A stretch of 63,066 nt of DNA, filler included, from Nemertoderma westbladi (Eukaryota > Animalia > Xenacoelomorpha): NCBI GenBank assembly GCA_032718475.1. It is 3 parts of 3 records of this genome, joined end to end, with 100 filler letters (N's around TTAATTAATTAA, not from the genome) between each part and the next. Parts side by side here need not be neighbours in the genome. Positions count along the whole stretch, not along the records: positions 26,370 to 56,425 come from JAUCBJ010002441.1; 2 more parts are not named here. One strand, written 5' to 3'. Within the stretch, counting starts at the first letter, position 1. Each line of letters starts with the position of its first letter. The notes beneath the pieces were generated by a model, which had not been told where the DNA came from, did not search any database, and saw only the letters and a program-made list of their open reading frames with translations. The position numbers were made by a program, and so were the translations under genes. Of the stretch, positions 35,401-48,422 are shown one piece after another.

Positions 35401-38400
35401 ACCTGGGACTGGTTGAGGGGCTCCTACTTCACACTATTATTACACGAACTATCAATGACTACCTGGGACTGGTTGAGGGGTTCCTCCTTCACACTATTAT
35501 TACACGAACTATCATTGACTACCTGGGACTGGTTGAGGTGCTCCTACTTCACACTATTATTACACGAACTATCATTGACTACCTGGGACTGGTTGAGGGG
35601 CTCCTCCTTCACACTATCATTACACGAACTATCATTGACTACCTGGGACTGGTTGAGGGGCTCCTACTTCACACTATCATTACACGAACTATCATTGACT
35701 ACCTGGGACTGGTTGAGGAGCTCCTCCTTCACACTATTATTACACGAACTATCATTGACTACCTGGGACTGGTTGAGGGGCTCCTACTTCACACTATTAT
35801 TACAAGATCTAACAATGACTAACTGGGACTGGTTGAGGGGCTCCTACTTCACACTATCATTACACGAACTATCATTGACTACCTGGGACTGGTTGAGGGG
35901 CTCCTCCTTCACACTATAATTACACGAACTATCATTGACTACCTGGGACTGGTAGAGGGGCTCCTACTTCACACTATCATTTCACGAACTATCATTGACT
36001 ACCTGGGACTGGTTGAGGGGCTCCTCCTTCACACAATCATTACACGAACTATCATTGACTACCTGGGACTGGTTGAGGGGCTCCTACTTCACACTATCAT
36101 TACACGAACTATCATTGACTACCTGGGACTGGTTGAGGGGCTCCTCCTTCACACTATCATTACACGAACTATCATTGACTATCTGGGACTGGTTGAGTGG
36201 CTCCTACTTCACACTATCATTACGCGAACTATCATTGACTACCTGGGACTGGTTGAGGGGCTCCTCCTTCACACTATTATTACACGAACTATCATTGACT
36301 ACCTGGGACTGTTTGAGGGGCTCCTCCTTCACACTATCATTACACGAACTATCATTGACTACCTGGGACTGTTTGAGGGGCTCCTCCTTCACACTATCAT
36401 TACACGAACTATCATTGACTACCTGGGACTGGTAGAGGGGCTCCTCCTTCACATTATTATTACACGAACTATCATTGACTACCTGGGACTGGTTGAGGGG
36501 CTCCTCCCCCACACTATCATTACACGAACTATCATTGACTACCTGGGACTGGTTGAGGGGCTCCTGCTTCACACTATTATTACACGAACTATCATTGACT
36601 ACCTGGGATTGGTTGAGGGGCTCCTACTTCACACTATTATTACACGAACTATCATTGACTACCTGGGACTGGTTGAGGGGCTCCTCCTTCACACTATCAT
36701 TACACGAACTATCATTGACTACCTGGGACTGTTTGAGGGGCTCCTACTTCACACTATTATTACACGAACTATCATTGACTACCTGGGACTGGTTGAGGGG
36801 CTCCTCCTTCACACTATCATTACACGAACTATCATTTACTACCTGGGACTGGTTGAGGGGCTCCTACTTCACACTATCATTACACGAACTATCATTGACT
36901 ACCTGGGACTGGTTGAGGGGCTCCTCCTTCACACTATCATTACACGAACTATCATTGACTAACTGGGACTGGTTGAGGGGCTCCTCTTCACACTATCATT
37001 ACACGAACTATCATTGACTACCTGGGACTGGTTGAGGGGCTCCTCCTTCACACTATTATTACACGAACTATCATTGACTACCTGGGACTGGTTGAGGGGC
37101 TCCTACTTCACACTATTATTATACAAACCTATCATTGACTACCTGGGACTGGTTGAGGGGCTCCTCCTTCACACTATCATTACACGAACTATCATTGACT
37201 ACCTGGGACTGGTTGAGGGGCTCCTCCTTCACACTATCATTACACGAACTATCATTTACTACCTGGGACTGGTTGAGGGGCTCCTCCTTCACACTATCAT
37301 TACACGAACTATCATTGACTACCTGGGACTGGTTGAGGGGCTCCTCCTTCACACTATCATTACACGAACTATCATTTACTACCTGGGACTGGTTGAGGGG
37401 CTCCTCCTTCACACTATCATTACACGAACTATCATTTACTACCTGGGACTGGTTGAGGGGCTCCTCCTTCACACTATCATTACACGAACTATCATTGACT
37501 ACCTGGGACTGGTTAAGGGGCTCCTCCTCCACACTATCATTACACGAACTATCATTGACTACCTGGGAATGGTTGAGGGGCTCCTACTTCACACTATCAT
37601 TACACGAACTATCATTGACTACCTGGGACTGGTTGAGGGGCTCCTCCTCCACACTATCATTACACGAACTATCATTGACTACCTGGGAATGGTTGAGGGG
37701 CTCCTACTTCACACTATCATTACACGAACTATCATTGACTACCTGGGACTGGTTGAGGGGCTCCTCCTTCACACTATCATTACACGAACTATCATTGACT
37801 ACCTGGGACTGGTAGAGGGGCTCCTCCTTCACATTATTATTACACGAACTATCATTGACTACCTGGGACTGTTTGAGGGGCTCCTCCTTCACACTATCAT
37901 TACACGAACTAACAATGACTAACTGGGACTGGTTGAGGGGCTCCTACTTCACACTATCATTACACGAACTATCATTGACTACCTGGGAATGGTTGAGGGG
38001 CTCCTACTTCACACTATCATTACACGAACTATCATTGACTACCTGGGACTGGTTGAGGGGCTTCTCCTTCACACTATCATTACACGAACTATCATTGACT
38101 ACCTGGGACTGGTTGAGGGGCTCCTACTTCACACTATCATTACACGAACTATCATTGACTACCTGGGACTGGTTGAGGGGCTCCTCCTTCACACTATTAT
38201 TACATGAACTATCATTGACTACCTGGGACTGGTTGAGGGGCTCCTCCTTCTCACTATGATTACACGAACGATCATTGACTACCTGGGACTGGTTGAGGGG
38301 CTCCTCATTCACACTATCATTACACGAACTATCATTGACTACCTGGGACTGGTTGAGGGGCTCCTCCTTCACACTATTATTACACGAACTATCATTGACT

Positions 38401-39944
38401 ACCTGGGACTGGTTGAGGGGCTCCTACTTCACACTATTATTACACAAACTAACAATGACTAACTGGGACTGGTTGAGGGGCTCCTACTTCACACTATCAT
38501 TACACGAACTATCATTGACTACCTGGGACTGGTTGAGGGGCTCCTACTTCACACTATTATTACACGAACTAACAATGACTAACTGGGACTGGTTGAGGGG
38601 CTCCTACTTCACACTATCATTACACGAACTATCATTGACTACCTGGGACTGGTTGAGGGGCTCCTCCTCCACACTATCATTACACGAACTATCATTGACT
38701 ACCTGGGACTGGTAGAGGGGCTCCTACTTCACATTATCATTACACGAACTATCATTGACTACCTGGGACTGGTTGAGGGGCTCCTCCTTCACACTATCAT
38801 TACACGAACTATCATTTACTACCTGGGACTGGTTGAGGGGCTCCTACTTCACACTATCATTACACGAACTATCATTGACTACCTGGGACTGGTTGAGGGG
38901 CTCCTCCTTCACACTATCATTACACGAACTATCATTGACTATCTGGGACTGGTTGAGGAGCTCCTACTTCACACTATCATTACACGAACTATCATTGACT
39001 ACCTGGGACTGGTTGAGGGGCTCCTCCTTCACACTATTATTACACGAACTATCATTGACTACCTGGGACTGGTTGAGGGGCTCCTCCTTCACACTATCAT
39101 TACACGAACTATCATTGACTACCTGGGACTGGTTGAGGGGCTCCTCCTTCACACTATTATTACACGAACTATCATTGACTACCTGGGACTGGTTGAAGGG
39201 CTCCTCCTTCACACTATCATTACACGAACTATCATTGACTACCTGGGACTGGTTGAGGGGCTTCTCCTTCACACTATCATTACACGAACTATCATTGACT
39301 ACCTCGGACTGGTTGAGGGGCTCATCCTTCACACTATCATTACACGAACTATCATTGACTACCTGGGACTGGTTGAGGGGCTCCTCCTTCACACTATTAT
39401 TACACGAACTATCATTGACTACCTGGAACTGGTTGAGGGGCTCCTCCTTCACACTATCATTACACGATCATTTTTCGAAAATGAAAAACTATGATTTTAT
39501 TGTACTCTCATCTGATAGGCTTAAACTACTAAGTAAAGTAGGTAGGGTAAGTAAGGTAGGTGGCGGTAAGGTTAAGGACAGTCAGAATGCATAATTTCCA
39601 GTCAGCCTGAACCTACTTATGGTACCACCAAACCTAAAGAATTATGGTGCTTAATATCACGTCGTTAAATATAATATGCCGCAGTCGGTTTACTATATAT
39701 ATATATCGTTTACTTTATTTCCCGCCCCCCATGAAAATAGAGCTTTTAATTATTTTTAATTATTATACCTTATTATTTTTTAGTTTGGACGAGCACATCG
39801 GTTGTTTTGGGTCAGAGTCAGAGTTACCTAGGCCTCCCGATCCCCCAGTTCGCAACAAGTATGGCTGCAAAAACGACCCCATTGGCTCCCATTGGATCAC
39901 CTCCGGTCACTGGCCAATCACAGGGCACCAAAAGGTTACATTGA
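26490..39944 (+). CDS. GARRE1: GARRE1/KIAA0355-like gene, 3' four exons (5' part beyond the gap)
   Basis: Exons 26490-26659, 28635-28759, 32167-32840 and 39784-39944 are phase-consistent GT-AG. Motifs SQDELQNVIDFLSG, RTNSWP, DTGSSSDE, HHRRHS, TWPPTSPW and VW occur in the order I remember for the GARRE1 C-terminus. Confidence 0.75.
26656..26714. repeat. 19-bp tandem repeat x3 spanning a splice donor
   Basis: AAAAGTTAGTGAAATAAAC repeated three times; the first GT is the GARRE1-like donor at 26660. Confidence 0.9.
27891..28182. repeat. Diverged ~160-bp tandem duplication (2 copies)
   Basis: ATAAAGATCGTC...ACAAAACAGGAC...ACGAGTACTGCGTT...ATAAACCACCTGGCTT at 27891-28028 and 28052-28182. Confidence 0.85.
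29045..32062. repeat. 45-bp minisatellite, ~67 near-identical copies, in a GARRE1-like intron
   Basis: Unit GATATTATACCCAAGGTAAGGGAAACAACCCGACACCATAGAACT. The only internal variant seen is A>C at 30482, 30572 and 31202. Confidence 0.99.
32875..39467. repeat. 60-bp minisatellite, ~110 copies, filling a GARRE1-like intron
   Basis: Unit ACCTGGGACTGGTTGAGGGGCTCCTCCTTCACACTATCATTACACGAACTATCATTGACT with many shared point variants. Starts 34 bp after the donor at 32841. Confidence 0.99.
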
Positions 39945-39997
39945 TACGACCAGAGACTTAGACAACTGTAATAATAAACCAGTTTATGATTTAGTTA

Positions 39998-40108
39998 TAG
40001 ATATTATTACTTGTGTGCGCAGTAGATATTATTACTTGTGTGCGCAGTAGATGTTCATTACTTGTGTGCGCAGTAGATGTTCATTACTTGTGTGCGCAGT
40101 AGATGTTC
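39998..40108. repeat. 25/26-bp tandem repeat x4 just downstream of the GARRE1-like poly(A) signal
   Basis: TAGAT(AT/GTT)...ATTACTTGTGTGCGCAG repeated four times; AATAAA at ~39973. Confidence 0.9.
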
Positions 40109-40523
40109 TTTTTTTTAGTTAATTATTTTATATTATTATGTCATGTAATCGCTTTATCAGTGCAGTGCAGTGCTTATACCTTTAAATAGTGTTTGATGCA
40201 GGAATCTATTTATTTCAATCATGTATTTAAAACGATGCAAATTTGATGCAATAATTTACGAATATTATATTATACCCTATAATTCATACGAGGCTTTCAT
40301 TTTATTTAACAAAGGAAAACCCATTTCAAATACCATTGTATTGTTGGTATTTTCAAAACGATGTCAAATTTATTCAAGTCAAGTCCGGATATAGCAATGT
40401 ATGTCACGTCACGTATAAAAAACATGTTTTCTTATCAAACAATTAATAATATGTTCATCAATCGTAATATATATTAATTGTTAATGAGATATTTCATAAA
40501 GATAATACAATTATATTTATTCT

Positions 40524-43500
40524 CTAGGTAGTTAATGGAATGTGAATCCGTAAGACATAAGTTTTATCCAATAACTGTTGAGGAGGCATCAACAATTTAG
40601 TTATGACAATAAACATAAATTTATTAATCCTAGATTCCATAAAGTTATTGGGATTGTATTCGTCACCATCAGCCTCCTTTATTAGCTTCTTATAAACGTC
40701 TTCTTTTAGAATCTCTTTATCCATAATCATATCCATGAGTCCGGGTGTCACATCATCGAACTTCATACTAGCTGTATCGAACATGTCTATGTCCATTAGG
40801 TCTAGGACTATTGGTTTACCGTATCTCAAACCACCTAGGATAGCTAGTCGGATTGTCTGCGGCTCCATATTTGCTGGACTACACGCGTTCAGGTAGTTTG
40901 TATCGCGATATCGTAAGAAAGTCGTCGCCTGTCCATTTCTGTCTATCAATAAGGGCCACTTCCCGCAGTTCCTTATCTTATCGCCAATGTCCCGCATAAG
41001 AATTTCGTCCAACTCCTTTATGAGAACCTAAAGTAAACGAAATATAAAGTTTAATCTTTATGTCGTAACTATCCGTGAACAACATCATTATAGTAATTGA
41101 ACAGCCGCCGAGTTCGTTGTGGCGGTCCCCATAACTGGATAATTAGACATGGTTTCGATTCCCTTTCGTGGCGAATTTTAAATTTTCTCTCTTCAATTGA
41201 CTTAGTTTTGTTCATACAGTAGGCTGGAGCCTATACTATACAGTCGGCATATACAAAGTCATGTTTAAAATTACTTAAATTAAATATTTAAATTATTTAT
41301 ATAAGTATATTTCCTTAGTTCGTTTATATTTTATTATTCCGTGTTTCTCACCTTCAACCCCGGTAAGTCGTCCTCCGCTAACTCTCCCTCCTTCTGTTCT
41401 CTCAACCGGAGTTTCGCTTCGTCCAGTTTCACCAAGGCATCATCCGATTTCAATTTGGATTCATCTACGATTTTCTCGGCGTCGTGAACTATTTGCAACG
41501 TAATATCCGTGTTCAACCCCTTCCCAGCCACCTTGTCATGCTCTGTGATACGTTTATTCAGTTCCTTGTACGCCTTTTCGAGTTGTTTCTGATATGTAGA
41601 ATAATTCTTCTAAAATAATAATATGGGATCATGACCTACTAAATATATATATATATAGTAGGTCATGTTGGGATTTATTAAAAGAGATTTAAAGTATTTC
41701 TAAAGGTATCTAGAATTTCCCATTCTAGAATTGAATCATAAAATAACACCAATTCCAATATCCACTATAATAATAGTGTGATTGGCGTAGACCACAGCTG
41801 TAATTTTCACACTTCTATTTTACCCACTTTTTCAATTTGAGAGCATTTATCTTAAGCTAAAGTCCAATCATTAGAAATTACATAAATGCTCTGCATCATG
41901 GCCTCAGCGGCCCCACTGTATGCAATATAACTTTATATATTATTGATTTAGATTGTCTACCAACCACATTCTGGAACCGACGGATACATATCAAAATTAA
42001 AAGCAAACATTTCAAATAAACATTAGCGCCTCGGTGCCAAATATACTGTAGTTTTCTGTTGCTAACCTGCAACTTTTCTATTTCTATCTCCAGTTTATTT
42101 TCTTCCTCCTTCCTCACCCTGGTCTCTTCTGCTTTCCTTTTTTCCCTTTCCTCGGCAATCCGCTCTATAAGTCCTTCAGTCTGTCCCACATCCCAGTCTT
42201 CTAGGATTTGTTTTACGGCGTCTTGGCTGGCGATACCGGCTGGTGTGCACCCATCCTCCGCGTATAGTCGTGGATCTGCACCGTACTGCAGTAGCATCTG
42301 CACAGCCGCAATGTGCCCTGTGCAGTAAAACATAAAGATAAATTTCGCTATTAATGATGAGTTTCTATTGAAAGCTTATTGAATACTATGATCACCATGA
42401 TGACTACAAATCAATGTCTACTTTTTTACCGTTGTCACCACTGTATAAATCACTCAGGCATTCATAAACTCTCAAACATGACAGAGTTCCAAAGTGCCCT
42501 CTACTATTTGTATCGGCGCCTTTCTCTTACCAGCATATGCGGCTCTGTACAAGGGAGTTCTCGCAAAGTTGCCCCTACTATTTGTATCGGCGCCTTTCTC
42601 TATCAGTAAACGGATTGTGTCCGCATTCCCCCCAGCAGAGGCTTCAGACAAAGGGGTGTTGTTATTGGCGTCTTCGCAATCAACTATGGCTATCTGGTGT
42701 TTGGCTCTGTAAGTTATAAATAATATTGAGTCCTTATAAACTGTAAGTTACAGCAAATAACTTAACTCATGCTAACTACTACTACTACTACTACTACTAG
42801 GTCGTGCAAACTCGGATACAGGTTAAATCCCAGAGTTAGGGAGTTAAATAAAGAACAATTCCTTCGTCTAGATTTTTTCACCTGAGTAGTTTGCCCACAG
42901 CGTTGTTAGGGACGCCATTCTTTGTATCCAAGTCGTTGACCTCCTTTAATATCGCCATAATTTCCTCGTTATCACCATCGAATGACGCCTCCAGCATTCT
43001 CTTCCGTCGTTTACGCTCTTCCGCTTTACGAATTCTCTCAAGTTCTTCTTTCTTTCGCTCTTTCTCTGCTTTCTCCTAAACTTATCAATATGGAATCTGT
43101 TTAATGTAGGTATGTTTATACATTTAACTACTGAACATATTATAAACAATGTCCTGGAATATCTTTAGTCAGGTACCCCCTTCTGCTTCTACAAATCTTA
43201 ATGAGATTGCATGAAATTTGAAACAGAAATAATTTCACCTCCCGACCATTGACTGGGTGAACCAAAATTTTTATTTTTCCTATCATTCTATAGCTACAAG
43301 CGATTGAAAAAGTCATCAGTTCCAACTCAGTTATTTTTCAACCTTATAGTGAGTGATATGTTGGTTCCAATGGAAACCTGGTCATGTAAGGATTCATAAT
43401 ATCTAACACAATCTGAATTTCCTTGAGAGATATCTGAGATATGAGCGTTCAAATGTTGCATGGTTTTGCTTTTGCACGAGGCTATTTTATTTTATTTAAT

Positions 43501-44844
43501 AAATGAACCATATTCTAGAACATTTTGTTTATCACAAACGTAGCTGGGCAACAATGCAATACCTCTTCAATGTTACTATGGTGTATTTATTATTAAATAG
43601 AATAAACTAGCCTCGCGCAGCTGCAAAACCATGCAACTTTTGAACGCCAATATCTCGGCTATTTTACGACAAAATGGAACTTGTGCAATATCGAAGAGGA
43701 CATCTTTACAAACACTTGTAGCTAAAGAATGAAAGCTAAAATAAATATTCTGTCTCACCCAGCAAAGAGGCGAGATGTGAAACTATCTCTGTTTCAAATT
43801 CAATGCAATTTCACTAAGATTATTGTTAAAAAAATAATTTTTTTATGTGGGGGGGGGGGGGGGGGGGGGTGGTCCATGTCACTGAACACTGAATTACGAC
43901 ATATTCCAGGACATGGAGTACTGTATGTTTCACTACGATACTGTAACCCAATAATCAATGCTTTTGATATTCCACCTTGTTGTCTGCATTTTCACCAGTT
44001 CCATTTATTGTTGATATGGTAACGAACCTGTTCCATTTTAACTAGTTGCACGAAGGCCTCCTTTTCAATTCTCTCCATCAACGATTCATATTCAACCTTC
44101 TTCATTCTGCGCTTCTGTAATTGACATCGCGCCAGAAAACGGCGAACCACTGATTGAATTTTTGTCGCGGCAAAATCTTTTGTGGTCCAGGCGCCCTACG
44201 AAAGGTTCAGTGATTAACGGAGAACTTATATAACATTGTATCGTTTGTGAATACATCACACACTCTATAAGAAACCACATAACACAAGCCAAACTAACTT
44301 TCACGCATATACAGTAAACGGAATAAAAACCTGCCCACGCTAAAATACAGTAGGCCTATGTTTTGTTCCAAAAAGGATATTTGACGATGCATCGATCGAT
44401 TCACGATAGACCATTCATTTAGGAGTCAATTTAAAATTCTGCATAAAATATTATTCAATAGTCTTAAACGTACATAGATAGTGTGCCCATCAGTGTATCT
44501 TCATTGAATTAATAATTAATCTAATAATAATAATCAGATCTCCCATTATATCCCGCTGTTGATATTTTCTCTCAGATGCGAGCAGAATATTAAAATTTAA
44601 ATAACATGCAATGTGCACACATTACCTGCTTTTTAGTTTGGTTTCCTTGACCCATTGCGGACACTTCTCCTTGTTTGGTTTTTCCTGTAGTCGGAGTTGA
44701 CTTATTTGTTGGCGGCCTGGTTTGTACACCAGACTTCCCTGGTATGGACTTTCCTCTACCGACTGCTACCTTCTTTACTCCCGGCCCCTGGCCGACCGGT
44801 TTTCCCATTAGCCGAGAAGGAGTGGCTGACTTTTTAGGTGGCAT
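40524..44844 (-). CDS. IQANK1: IQ motif and ankyrin repeat protein, IQANK1-like, 589 aa, 7 exons
   Basis: Exons 44844-44626, 44195-44028, 43075-42882, 42706-42531, 42317-42067, 41609-41352 and 41027-40524 give 1770 nt in frame. Features: MPPKK start, IQ motif AATKIQSVVRRFLAR, ankyrins NTPLSEAS/RTPLYRAAYAGH, coiled coil, C-terminal GKWPLLID..FLRYRDTNYLNA..GLRYGKP. Confidence 0.85.
43128..43937. mobile_element. ~800-bp MITE with long imperfect TIRs in IQANK1-like intron 2
   Basis: ATGTCCTGGAATAT (43149) / ATATTCCAGGACAT (43901-43914), plus inverted homology between 43200-43280 and 43738-43820. Confidence 0.7.
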
Positions 44845-45948
44845 ATTCAAATCAATCAATATTCACATTATATTATTATAAAATAATCAATTAGCTTTAG
44901 TTACCGTATTCTACATCATCATTGTAATATATACAATACTATATTTTGATTATATATGATTAGATAGCTTCTATTTTAATTTAGCTATTTTTAATTAAAC
45001 TCGACAGTTAGTACCTGCGTGTGCTGTTATATGTGATCAACTAGGCCTAATCAATAACCAGATATTATTGTGTGCCAAATTATTTTGTATAATGGAATGA
45101 TTGGAAGATTGCAGTGTACAGGATAGTGAGTAATTGAGGATTCCAACTGCGCAGGTGTTAATAATATGAACCGTGGTGCGTATTGCTTAGGTTAATGGTA
45201 CAGTAGGCTCATTAACCTCTACAGTACATGTATACCAGTTCATAATGTTTATATTATTTATATATAAATATTATGCGTCATAATATTTAGGTTAATGTTT
45301 TTTTGGGTCACATGTTTGTTAGATTGTGTTGCTCGCCGACAAGCTTATATCCCATCTTTGTTTCATTTTCATTATCGAATTAATGCTTGAATGGAACCAA
45401 AACAATAAACGAGAGATAGGAAACATAATTTACAGTAATTGATAATCAACAGTTTGAGGAGCAACAGTCAGATGTATTGACTTACAGGCAGGCCGGTACA
45501 TGGATGTGTAGGCCTACATCGAAATAATAATTTCTTAGTATAAATTATAATTCTAAGATATATTGAACAAAAATTGAAAATAATAAAACTGAAACTCAAA
45601 TTCAAATTCACGTTGTACTGTATGATGCGTGCATTATTGGTGCATCTGTGGAGAAATAAATATTTATAATGTCAATAAGTTCATAAGGAATGTAAAATAT
45701 CGCGAGAATAGGATATAATATTATAAGATTCCGGGGACAGACTAACTAAATAAATATTAAATTTAATAAAACCAAACTAAATAACATATTAAATTGAATG
45801 GTAATGGTCAATATTGGAAGAAAATATTTAAATCTACAAAAAATTCGTCTAACAAAATAAAGTTTAACAAAGTAAAAGTTAACCAAAATAAAAGTCTCAC
45901 AGGAGCCTTCTAACAAAGGTCTCAGAGGAAAACCGATACTGTTTGGAC

Positions 45949-48002
45949 TCAAGGAAGATTTTGGATTCGCAGAACGTATGTGTTGTCTAATAAGTATTTC
46001 GCCGGTTGTGAGATGCTGGTTGCTACAACAAACATAAAATCAGAGATTCTAGAATCGTCAAAATAATTGCGATTGTAATCGTCACCATCCGTTTCCTTAA
46101 TTAGCTTCTCGTAATTGTCTTCTTTTAGAATTTCTTTGTTCATTATCATATCCATAAGTCCTACGAGCACAGTATCGAAATTCTTCCTAACAGTGTCGAA
46201 CATATCAGCGACATCCATTAGATCTAGAACAACTGGTTTCCCAAATCGGATCCCCCCTAGCACGGCTAGACGGATCCTTTCGCTCTGCATATGAGACGGA
46301 TCGAGTGCGTTCAGGTAGTTAGTGTCGCGGTGTCGCAGAAACGATGTCGCTGTCTCACTCTCGTCTATCAATAACGGCCATTTACCGCTGCTTTTTATCT
46401 TGCCTCCCTCATCCCGCAAAAGAACCGAATCTAATTGCTTTAAATTCACCTAGGAAACATAGAAATATATTCCAAAGTAAAAGTAAATAGTATATTTATT
46501 ATTTATTTAATGTGTCTTTCTCATTTCACGTCCCCAAATTGTTTACCACCACTGTAAACATAGGTTGACATTGTGTAATTTTATCGCTGCGTTATATACG
46601 TAAATTCAACATAATTCAGTTACAATTATATTATGTTCTTTCATCGAACCTGTAGGGGTGGACTCTAAATTGTACCACCTTCTCTACGAGATCAGGATCT
46701 GAAACCTTTTTATATCGGCCTAAACTTAATTGTCATAGTGCAAAGTTTGGTGTATGGAAAATATATAAATTTTATTTTCAAGTAGGCGTGAAATACTCCG
46801 TGAAATAAAGTAAACTCAATATGGGCTATGGGGGTTCTATATACATCACGTCGTGAAATAAAGTAACTTTATTATTTCAATATGATTGTATCAGTCACAC
46901 TGAGGTCGGCATAATAGAAAGTCATTCATCACATATGATGTAAACACAAGCTACAAACCTAGGTCGTTTACCTGTACCGTACGATACGGTACTGGTTCCG
47001 GTATAATATGTAATTTTTAATAAATAAAACTTCGAAACTTAATAATAAAACGACATATATTAGATTTTAAATAAAGTACAGTGGGCCTACCTGTATTTCA
47101 CATTAAATCTCTAGTTTAATATTTCACTCCCTCGCTACGCTCGTTTAAATAATCCCACTCGAGCCGGCGTGAAATACAATGCTACATTTATTTAAATCAT
47201 ATATATCGTTAATATTGACATTGATATAATATTGATATATAGAAACCCCGGTTGTATTGAAAAAAATCGAGACATAAAAATATCACGAGTAATAAATCAA
47301 GAGTAAAAATATCGCGTGTTGAAAAATATCGATAATATCGCTAGTTCAAAAAATATCACGAGTAATAAATCAAGAGTAAAAATATCGCGTGTTGAAAAAT
47401 ATCGATAATATCGCTAGTTCAAAAAATATCGCGAGTAAAAATGTCGATATATTTACTCTCGATATTTTTGTTCGGGATAGTTTTACTCTCTATATTTTTA
47501 CTCGGGATATTTTTACTCGCGATATTTTTACTCGCGATATTTTTACCCTCGATTTTTACCCTCGATTTTTTACTCTCGATATTTATTAATCGCGATAATT
47601 ATCAACACTCGATATTTTTACTCGCGATATTTTTTAAGTCTCGATATTTTTCACCAATACAGAAACCCTACGCAAATAACAAAACACCAAATTTCAAGAA
47701 GCTGCAACCTTTGCTATTGATTCTCGGTAATTATGCCCTTGTCTTCGCCAAGACGAGATATTAATTATCCGATAAAAGTCCCCACCCCTGTTTTTATAAT
47801 ACTGAAGGCCTACGGTAGTACAGTACATAGTTCACTTTACCTTCACACCTTGGGATTCTTCTTTTGATTTATCTGCTTCTGGAGCAGTCTGTGTAGGTTT
47901 GGCTCCGCCTGATTGGCCTGTTTTTACTGCAGTCGCTGCTGGTTTTTTTGTGACGGGTTTAGCAGGGGAACGGGAAGGGACTGTTGCCTTTTTAGGCGGC
48001 AT
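45949..48002 (-). CDS. Short IQANK1 paralog (220 aa, 2 exons): basic N-terminus plus C-terminal domain only
   Basis: Exon 48002-47841 (MPPKKATVPSR...SQGVK|gtaaag) joins 46449-45949 (VNLKQLDSVLLRD..GKWPLLID..FLRHRDTNYLNA..GIRFGKPVVLDLMD) in phase 0 with no stops. Confidence 0.82.
47249..47660. mobile_element. Foldback-type MITE with ~15-bp subterminal repeats and an 8-bp target-site duplication
   Basis: AGAAACCC flanks at 47241-47248 and 47661-47668. The left half has GAGTAAAAATATCGC-type repeats and the right half their reverse complement. Termini GTATTG.../...CAATAC. Confidence 0.85.
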
Positions 48003-48422
48003 TTCTAAATGAATGATTTAGTGCTACTGTATTTGAATATCAGATATGTTATATCAGATATGATACTTTATTAGATTCAGCTTCACAATAGGCCTACTGT
48101 ATATACAGTAGATTCCTAATGGCACAAGATCCTACCTAAATTTAGCATGATACAAAAATAGTTACTGATATGGCGTATGTACTGTAAGCAGACCGAACAA
48201 GCATTGGCTAAGTGATGGGTTAGGTTTATTTTTTAGCTACTGTTTATTGGCCAGGCGCAAAACTCTTATAAAATTTGACATGTAGGCCTACTGTAATCTA
48301 AGAAATTTAGAGAAATTTTGGCATTATTGTCAAAGGGCCAAAGCGCGTTGGTGGAAAAGCCCAAAATTCCGCTTAATCTAGGGTTAAGGTTACATTACAA
48401 TATAAAATAGGATTTGGGCCCC

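Noticed and set aside
32757-39594. Repeat ORFs (KEEPLNQSQ, TTWDWLRG, DYLGLVEG)
   Set aside because: Interrupted by stops and frameshifts in every frame; intronic.
43849-43869. Poly-G/C tracts (also ~4281, 28263, 49917, 56369, 62683) as coding poly-Gly/Pro or a G4 system
   Set aside because: Most sit inside TE remnants or at contig ends, and homopolymer lengths are unreliable.
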